Below are positions 55,840 through 64,000 of a stretch of 64,000 bases of DNA, one piece after another. Under the pieces are notes generated by a model. That model made no database searches. It saw nothing but the letters and a program-made list of their open reading frames with translations, and was not told the DNA's origin. Every line of letters starts with the position of its first letter. Positions within the stretch are counted from its first letter, which is position 1. This stretch comes from Macrostomum lignano (Eukaryota), in assembly GCA_002269645.1 (NCBI GenBank), contig NIVC01001231.1, positions 62,001 through 126,000 on the forward strand. Reading direction: 5' to 3'. A program made the translations under genes and the position numbers.

Positions 55840-56758
55840 GGGATGTCAACTTAAGCACCAGAATGGAGCCCGAAGTTCAGCTCCGGACCAAACCGACTAC
55901 AATCGATAACTTGTCGGCCCAGACGACTAGAATCGCCGAGACATCCCATCCGGCTCCCTTCCTTGGGGTCCCAGGGGATAAAGGGGATAAAATGGGGATC
56001 TCATGTCAACTTAAGGCTCTGGAATGGAGCCCGAAGTTCAGCTCCGGACCAAACCGACTGCAATCGATAACTTGTCGGCCCAGACGACTAGAATCGCCGA
56101 GACATCCCATCCGGCTCCCTTCCTTGGGGTCCCAGGGGATAAAGGGGATAAAATGCAGATCTCATGTCAACTTAAGGCTCTGGAATGGAGCCCGAAGTTC
56201 AGCTCCGGACCAAACCGACTGCAATCGATAACTTGTCGGCCCAGACGACTAGAATCGCCGAGACATCCCATCCGGCTCCCTTCCTTGGGGTCCCAGGGGA
56301 TAAAGGGGATAAAATGGGGATCTCATGTCAACTTAAGGCTCTGGAATGGAGCCCGAAGTTCAGCTCCGGACCAAACCGACTGCAATCGATAACTTGTCGG
56401 CCCAGACGACTAGAATCGCCGAGACATCCCATCCGGCTCCCTTCCTTGGGGTCCCAGGGGATAAAGGGGATAAAATGGGGATCTCATGTCAACTTAAGGC
56501 TCTGGAATGGAGCCCGAAGTTCAGCTCCGGACCAAACCGACTGCAATCGATAACTTGTCGGCCCAGACGACTAGAATCGCCGAGACATCCCATCCGGCTC
56601 CCTTCCTTGGGGTCCCAGGGGATAAAGGGGATAAAATGGGGATCTCATGTCAACTTAAGGCTCTGGAATGGAGCCCGAAGTTCAGCTCCGGACCAAACCG
56701 ACTGCAATCGATAACTTGTCGGCCCAGACGACTAGAATCACCGAGACATCCCATCCGG
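55840..56758 (+). repeat. 161-bp tandem array, left arm
   Basis: ORF-track starts spaced exactly 161 bp apart (55863, 56024, 56185, 56346, 56507). Confidence 0.97.
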
Positions 56759-57334
56759 GTCCGTCTCTTGCCGAAACTTCCAACACCCCCGGCGGCTCGG
56801 ATGTGTAACTCAAAGTCTCTCCAGGAGTCACCTTCGTAGCTACCGAGAACCTCCTTGACACGAATGTTTTGAATGTAATAATCGGCTTGATTTAGTTGAT
56901 ACGGACCCACCGAAACCTCTGACAAATTCACTGTATGAATTCGGGGGAACCCCGAGCTTTTTGGATCCAGCGGGTTGACAGCAATCCATGCCCTTGTGTT
57001 AGCAGGGGGGCACGCTTCAGATCACAGTTGAAGTGCAGCTGCTCAATTTCGTCCAGTTCGTTGGACAAGAGCACTCGGCGCATGAAATTCTGCCCGAATT
57101 CGAACAACGATAGCCCTGTCCATGACGGTGGCAGCTGTTTAAATGATTCAAAACCTGGATGCGCCCGGTTGTACTTTGCCATCGAGGTCTCGATAACAAC
57201 GTCTAATCGGCTGGGCTCACTGAAGCCGGCTGACGGCAGCCACTGATACGGTTTGTGCCTCTCGATAACACATTTGTCCTGCTTAATGGCAGCAAAGCAG
57301 CACTCAACGACAGAGCGGAACATAGTGGCACAGC
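56759..57334 (-). pseudogene. Fragment of a DDE_Tnp_4-type (Harbinger/ISL2EU-like) transposase C-terminal region
   Basis: RSVVECCFAAIKQ resembles the R..VE..F..LK motif carrying the catalytic Glu. After a 1-nt frameshift near 56930 comes SVGPYQLNQADYY. Family assignment is from memory. Confidence 0.5.
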
Positions 57335-59534
57335 GGATGTCTCGGCGATTCTAGTCGTCTGGGCCGACAAGTTATCGATTGCAGTCGGTTTGGTCCGGAG
57401 CTGAACTTCGGGCTCCATTCCAGAGCCTTAAGTTGACATGAGATCCCCATTTTATCCCCTTTATCCCCTGGGACCCCAAGGAAGGGAGCCGGATGGGATG
57501 TCTCGGCGATTCTAGTCGTCTGGGCCGACAAGTTATCGATTGCAGTCGGTTTGGTCCGGAGCTGAACTTCGGGCTCCATTCCAGAGCCTTAAGTTGACAT
57601 GAGATCCCCATTTTATCCCCTTTATCCCCTGGGACCCCAAGGAAGGGAGCCGGATGGGATGTCTCGGCGATTCTAGTCGTCTGGGCCGACAAGTTATCGA
57701 TTGCAGTCGGTTTGGTCCGGAGCTGAACTTCGGGCTCCATTCCAGAGCCTTAAGTTGACATGAGATCCCCATTTTATCCCCTTTATCCCCTGGGACCCCA
57801 AGGAAGGGAGCCGGATGGGATGTCTCGGCGATTCTAGTCGTCTGGGCCGACAAGTTATCGATTGCAGTCGGTTTGGTCCGGAGCTGAACTTCGGGCTCCA
57901 TTCCAGAGCCTTAAGTTGACATGAGATCCCCATTTTATCCCCTTTATCCCCTGGGACCCCAAGGAAGGGAGCCGGATGGGATGTCTCGGCGATTCTAGTC
58001 GTCTGGGCCGACAAGTTATCGATTGCAGTCGGTTTGGTCCGGAGCTGAACTTCGGGCTCCATTCCAGAGCCTTAAGTTGACATGAGATCTGCATTTTATC
58101 CCCTTTATCCCCTGGGACCCCAAGGAAGGGAGCCGGATGGGATGTCTCGGCGATTTTAGTCGTCTGGGCCGACAAGTTATCGATTGCAGTCGGTTTGGTC
58201 CGGAGCTGAACTTCGGGCTCCATTCCAGAGCCTTAAGTTGACATGAGATCCCCATTTTATCCCCTTTATCCCCTGGGACCCCAAGGAAGGGAGCCGGATG
58301 GGATGTCTCGGCGATTCTAGTCGTCTGGGCCGACAAGTTATCGATTGCAGTCGGTTTGGTCCGGAGCTGAACTTCGGGCTCCATTCCAGAGCCTTAAGTT
58401 GACATGAGATCCCCATTTTATCCCCTTTATCCCCTGGGACCCCAAGGAAGGGAGCCGGATGGGATGTCTCGGCGATTCTAGTCGTCTGGGCCGACAAGTT
58501 ATCGATTGCAGTCGGTTTGGTCCGGAGCTGAACTTCGGGCTCCATTCCAGAGCCTTAAGTTGACATGAGATCCCCATTTTATCCCCTTTATCCCCTGGGA
58601 CCCCAAGGAAGGGAGCCGGATGGGATGTCTCGGCGATTCTAGTCGTCTGGGCCGACAAGTTATCGATTGCAGTCGGTTTGGTCCGGAGCTGAACTTCGGG
58701 CTCCATTCCAGAGCCTTAAGTTGACATGAGATCCCCATTTTATCCCCTTTATCCCCTGGGACCCCAAGGAAGGGAGCCGGATGGGATGTCTCGGCGATTC
58801 TAGTCGTCTGGGCCGACAAGTTATCGATTGCAGTCGGTTTGGTCCGGAGCTGAACTTCGGGCTCCATTCCAGAGCCTTAAGTTGACATGAGATCTGCATT
58901 TTATCCCCTTTATCCCCTGGGACCCCAAGGAAGGGAGCCGGATGGGATGTCTCGGCGATTTTAGTCGTCTGGGCCGACAAGTTATCGATTGCAGTCGGTT
59001 TGGTCCGGAGCTGAACTTCGGGCTCCATTCCAGAGCCTTAAGTTGACATGAGATCCCCATTTTATCCCCTTTATCCCCTGGGACCCCAAGGAAGGGAGCC
59101 GGATGGGATGTCTCGGCGATTCTAGTCGTCTGGGCCGACAAGTTATCGATTGCAGTCGGTTTGGTCCGGAGCTGAACTTCGGGCTCCATTCCAGAGCCTT
59201 AAGTTGACATGAGATCCCCATTTTATCCCCTTTATCCCCTGGGACCCCAAGGAAGGGAGCCGGATGGGATGTCTCGGCGATTCTAGTCGTCTGGGCCGAC
59301 AAGTTATCGATTGCAGTCGGTTTGGTCCGGAGCTGAACTTCGGGCTCCATTCCAGAGCCTTAAGTTGACATGAGATCCCCATTTTATCCCCTTTATCCCC
59401 TGGGACCCCAAGGAAGGGAGCCGGATGGGATGTCTCGGCGATTCTAGTCGTCTGGGCCGACAAGTTATCGATTGCAGTCGGTTTGGTCCGGAGCTGAACT
59501 TCGGGCTCCATTCTGGTGCTTAAGTTGACATCCC
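57335..59534 (-). repeat. 161-bp tandem array, right arm (inverted), with 5-unit higher-order period
   Basis: 14 unit starts from 57418 to 59511; the variant pair recurs 805 bp apart. Confidence 0.97.
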
Positions 59535-61579
59535 GTTAAATAACATAATATGCAATCACTGAATCAGTCAATTCACTGCGTCCACCATCCATCACCATCA
59601 CCATTCAACAATCGCATTAGAAGTACAAATTTACGATTTACAACTTCACAACATAATCGCAGTTCGCAACAATAATAAGACGCCTTACATTTCATACAAA
59701 ACAGTTTGCAAAAACTACAAAAAACTACAAAAATTACAAAACAGAATGAGCAACGACGTACTCAGAGTAAGCAAACCCTCAAACAAATAACCCACCCCAA
59801 GCACTGACCCCAGAGCCCACAGTCCATAAACGATCAGAGTCAGTCAGAGTCCAACAAATTCATTCCTAGAAAACGATTTTACGATTCACACATTTCATTA
59901 TTTGGATAACTAAACGATAGTCTAAAAAATTGCATTGTGAAGTGAAGTGGAACTGAAAAATACATGATGAAAATTGAAAGTTGAAAATGTCTATATGTTC
60001 CATCTTATCAATCCCGAAAAATCCCTGGATTCACAGATTTTAATCCTGGGATCCCGTATCCCGGCCATGGATAATCCCGGGATTATCAATCCTGGTAAAT
60101 CCTGACAAATTTTAATCCTGGGATTCAAATCCCGGAATTTGGCCCCTTAATCCCACGATCCCGGGATTGCAAACCCTACGCGGAATATAAAATATTTGAA
60201 ATTTTAAAAAAGATAAAAATGATGTATTTAACGTTTGATATTGTACAACGTTGTCAAGCTAATTGATACTGACAAATTGCAAACCATAGTGGAGAAAACA
60301 CCTCACCCCATGATTTCGGAGTTAATATATCAATCAGAGGCAGTAATCCGTCCAAAGGTTTCAAGATCAACCTGTGCGACAGTTTCAAAGACAAAATACA
60401 GGGGGGATATGCGAGTGAAAGCCAAATTCCACAAGAAAGAACACTGTCATGATTTTTGGCAGTACGCAATTAATGCATTTCGTTCAGAAAATCTTCAAGC
60501 CGTCATCCCCAACCAAGATTGGCGCGATTCCTGGTAAAAAAATCAGAAGTGCAGGACTTGAACAAGTCTACTGAATACGTTGTTCATCGATAGCTCAAAT
60601 ATTTCATACAAATGCAAAAATGACTCACTTCAGGAACTTATTGAATAGTAGTTTGCGTAAATTGTTTTGCATTTTTATCACTAGCTATTCATCCCGTTAC
60701 TAACCGCACAAAAACTTACGTCATATTAAATTATTCCCAAACAAAAATTTTAACCTATTATTGTAGCAAGTTACGAAAAAGTGATCTTTTGTATCTTCTA
60801 GAGAGTTGTTTATTTGCGTTATAACTCACGACACATAGTGTTTTAATTTTTTTCTTTCGTCGAAATAGGGCACACTGCGTGCGTGCGCACAATTTGTCCT
60901 AGGTAATGTCTTACATTTAACGCCGGTTAGCCAACTGTTGTCTTGTGTTTTTTACTGTGTTTTGAAATTATGTTTTTCGTTTGTCATTTTTTTGCCAATA
61001 AAACAAGGGCTACTGGTAAAACAGCCCTATGCAAATATGCCTTTCTTGATTTTCTAGGCCTACTGTGTGGTGTGGGTTTTCTGAAAGATATTCAGGTACA
61101 GGTACATTCAAACCGATTGTCTTTAACTTTTAACAAAAATGACCTGCTTCAATCATCTTTTTAACAAATATCCACGCAATTATTTGGCGTCAAATGAGCT
61201 TTCATTTATCTACTAAACTGGGTTTTTTGTCAATCTTGATGACTTTATCCTCATCAATTACAATTACCCTAAAAATTCCTGGAAAAAAAGTTTTACAATG
61301 GTTGTTATAATTGTTGTAATATACTATAGAAAGAACAAAAAGCTTAAGCCTCTTCACATTACCAATTCCAGAACCAGAATCGGTTTGGATCTTCCAAGAA
61401 AAATAGCAGTAAAACTATTTGGCATAACTATGGTTTCGTTCGTTATATTATTTCTTGTTTTGAATTTGTTCCAGCGCATGTAGAAATGGCTCGTTAAATT
61501 ATTTTAAGTTCAAAAAAGATGACCCACCACCAAAAAAGTTCAAATTAGAGTTCGAAGTCACGAGAAAGATAATTAGACG

Positions 61580-62207
61580 GGATAATAATGTGGCACCCAG
61601 TAGAGAAAGTTGAAAAAACTTGGACTCATCTACTTTGACTTCTTGGCCAGGGCCGCCTAGCTCAACAGGGTGATCTAGAAGGTACTGGGCACAAATTTCT
61701 CGACAGAAGTTACCCCAGTCAGCAACAGTATTGGGTGTCAGGATACGACACACATTGGATTTTGTCGAACTAGAGTCTCACAGACCACTAGTAGATATAG
61801 TTGACAATCTGCTGCAGGGTCAAAATCAAATGGCTGGCTTTAAAAAAAGATCCCTTCCTTATAGAAACTTGGGCATAACAGTCTTTATAGGCCCAGGCCA
61901 AGTTATCAATAAACCAGGCACCTTCTCGGCATTGCAAATGCATTTGAGCACCCGGCTGGCATCCACACTGCTGTTCATTGGCAAGCAGCCTGTAGGTGGC
62001 CAACCAACAAATAGTAGCCAGCGTATCTATTGTCACGGCTGCCAGGTCCCTCATCGTGAGGTCCAGTTGGCACAGCTCTGCAGGCGGACGCAAATTGCCT
62101 ACTGGAATGATCGTCGTAGGAGCCGATGGTTGTCCAGCTATTTTTACATGCATTGGAACAAATTTGAAACAAGAAATGATATAACAAACAAAACCATAGT
62201 TATGCAA
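61580..62207 (-). mobile_element. Merlin (IS1595/ISXO2-like) transposase remnant, disrupted and truncated
   Basis: VSIRKGSFFKASHL..., NTVADWGNFCREIC...VELGGPGQEVKVDESKFF in two frames with stops. The sequence ends after the first catalytic Asp. Confidence 0.75.
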
Positions 62208-63304
62208 ACTATTTGACTCTATTAATATTTAACTGCCTTAATAGTCTCACTTTGCACAAGTTTTCACTTTCTTCTTGGCAATTTTCATTCAATAATTAAA
62301 ATTTTATAGCAAGTATATCCTTCTAGTTAAGGAGACAAAAAGTTATACTTCACAAATTTTTTCTGGTTCTAGAACCAAAACAAGCAATATATAAAGAGCC
62401 TCCTTGATTATAAACCATGCTGGATCCAAAACTGTTGTAAATTTTCTAAAGATAAATATATCAAGAAATTGTTTTTCTTATTTAACAATTCTTAGATATA
62501 AGATAGGCCCTAGGCCTATCTGTGTTGTTTCAAATCTAGAGTTGTTGCATATCATGTCTCTCTCTAAACCCTTCTTCCTAATGGTATGTCTATAGGTCTA
62601 ATCTAGTATAGACTATCTTAATGAAGATATTGTTAAACTGGTCCAAGTCTTTTCTTACTACCACTATGAATTCCCATATTTCCTAGCAGACAAACAGTTT
62701 TAGAAAAAAAACTTTTTGTCTGCTTAGTAGACAACCTAGGCCCTATTAGTAGAGGAAACAACTTGTACCCTTATTAATAGCATAGGCAATATCCTAAAAA
62801 TCTAATATAAATATATATATATATATCAAACAGTGACTAAATTGATGATAAAGTAATGGTTATATACTAATTAATATATAGTTTTTTTTGACAAAAGAAA
62901 AAAGTTTTTTGACAAAAGTTATATAAACTAGCAATCTTTGCCTTCTTCCTATTGGAAAAGCAAAAAAAGGAATAGAAATGTTTGAATAAACTATATGTAT
63001 ATTATGACCTTGTGTGTCACTATTATTACTTTCTTATAAAAATGAATCTTAAAACAAAAATCTAGCTATCTAGCCCATACATGCCTAACACCTATCCAAC
63101 CCATCCAAACCAGACAGGTGAAATGGCTGCCAGCCAAGGTAAGTTGCAAAATTGAAAATGCAAAAAGTGAAAAAATTAGGGGAAGAAAAAAAGGAAATAA
63201 AAGAAAATGAAAAGAAAGAAAAGAAAGAAAAGAGAGAAAGAAAAGAGAAGAAAAGAAAAAAAGCAAGAAAAGTCATATACAAAGTGAAAATTAAGTCACA
63301 ATCA

Positions 63305-63400
63305 AGAGAAACTAAGTTGCAATTGGGAGAAACTAAGTCGCAATTGGGAGAAACTAAGTCGCAATTGGGAGAAACTAAGTCGCAAATCTGGACAAAACTA
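63305..63400. repeat. 21-bp tandem repeat (GAGAAACTAAGTCGCAATTGG) x4-5
   Basis: Directly visible tandem copies; preceded by an A/G-rich low-complexity tract at 63180-63270. Confidence 0.85.
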
Positions 63401-64000
63401 AATCGCACTAGATAGGTGAAATTTTGAGGTTGGGCATATATGATCTAGCCTAAGACCATAGTCAGGAAAGTGGCCTTTGCCATGGAAAATTCTGGCGCAC
63501 ACAAGGGGTCCTTGACGCACACTGAGGTCCCTGGCGCATGTGGTGTACAATCATGGCACACACTGAGGTCCCTAGCGCATGCGGCGCATAAGGTCCCTGA
63601 CATATGCGGTGCTGTGCGCAACTTTGGTGCATAAGGAATCAAAATAGAATCTTTATTAGCATAAAACTGGCATAGCATATTGAGTCTGCATGAATTCTAA
63701 GAATTTTGTAAATTTGTTGTAAAATATGTAATTTATGTAAAATACATAAAATGAAGGCACAGATGGTACACAAATGGCACATAGACAGTGCATAGATTGT
63801 CCTAAAAAAATTATTCCGGTGCACACTATGCCACCTTCCTGACTATAGGCCTAAGATATCAAATCTTTTATAAACTTTGTCTCAAAGCAATTTTCCATAT
63901 AAGCCCTATCATCTTAGCAATATCCCCTATAGACCTTGATATCTCAGCAATTCTCTTATAAGGTCTTTATTATCTTAGAAATCCTGCTATAAGTCTTTTC

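Larger units (their letters stand above)
55840..59534. mobile_element. Foldback-like element: inverted arrays of a 161-bp unit flanking a transposase remnant
   Basis: Both ends share the unique terminus GGGATGTCAACTTAAGCACCAGAATGGAGCCC in inverted orientation. Left arm ~5.7 units (+), right arm ~13.6 units (-), 576-bp unique core. Confidence 0.8.

Noticed and set aside
55863-59511. Nineteen overlapping ~122-aa ORFs (MEPEVQLRTKP...)
   Set aside because: Translation artefacts of the 161-bp unit, which is not a multiple of 3; no coding evidence.
55840-59534. CRISPR array, or tandem SL/snRNA/5S gene cluster
   Set aside because: Units are near-identical with no unique spacers and no cas genes. 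I saw no Sm site, A/B/C box or hammerhead core in the unit.
60235-60537. 100-aa ORF, and ORFs at 54002-54656
   Set aside because: Non-ATG starts, surrounded by stops, no motif recognised; probably decayed repeats.

Overview
Eukaryotic (animal) genomic DNA: GC/CpG-rich exons, minisatellite-filled introns and AT-rich CpG-depleted spacers. This style suggests a free-living flatworm such as Macrostomum (inference only). Reconstructed spliced genes: the 5' part of a MARK/Par-1 kinase (with a GC-AG intron), an orphan ORF, a 6-exon DNA ligase IV, RPS12, a divergent Cys-loop (nAChR-like) channel subunit, and two convergent secreted C-type-lectin+PAN/Apple genes plus a deleted third copy. Two neuropeptide-precursor genes are visible only after manual splicing: an 89-aa KR-WWP precursor (11132-11572) and a 147-aa precursor with 12 (F/Y)DPLL peptides (49930-50811). 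Mobile DNA includes a near-intact DD37D/maT transposon and an internally deleted long-TIR Tc1/IS630 element. A Neptune-like Penelope element with a 3' hammerhead ribozyme is nested in a (GA)n tract inside a hAT MITE. There is also a 3.7-kb foldback element whose arms are inverted arrays of a 161-bp unit around a transposase remnant, plus LINE, Merlin and MITE relics. All calls come from manual reading; no database searches were run.
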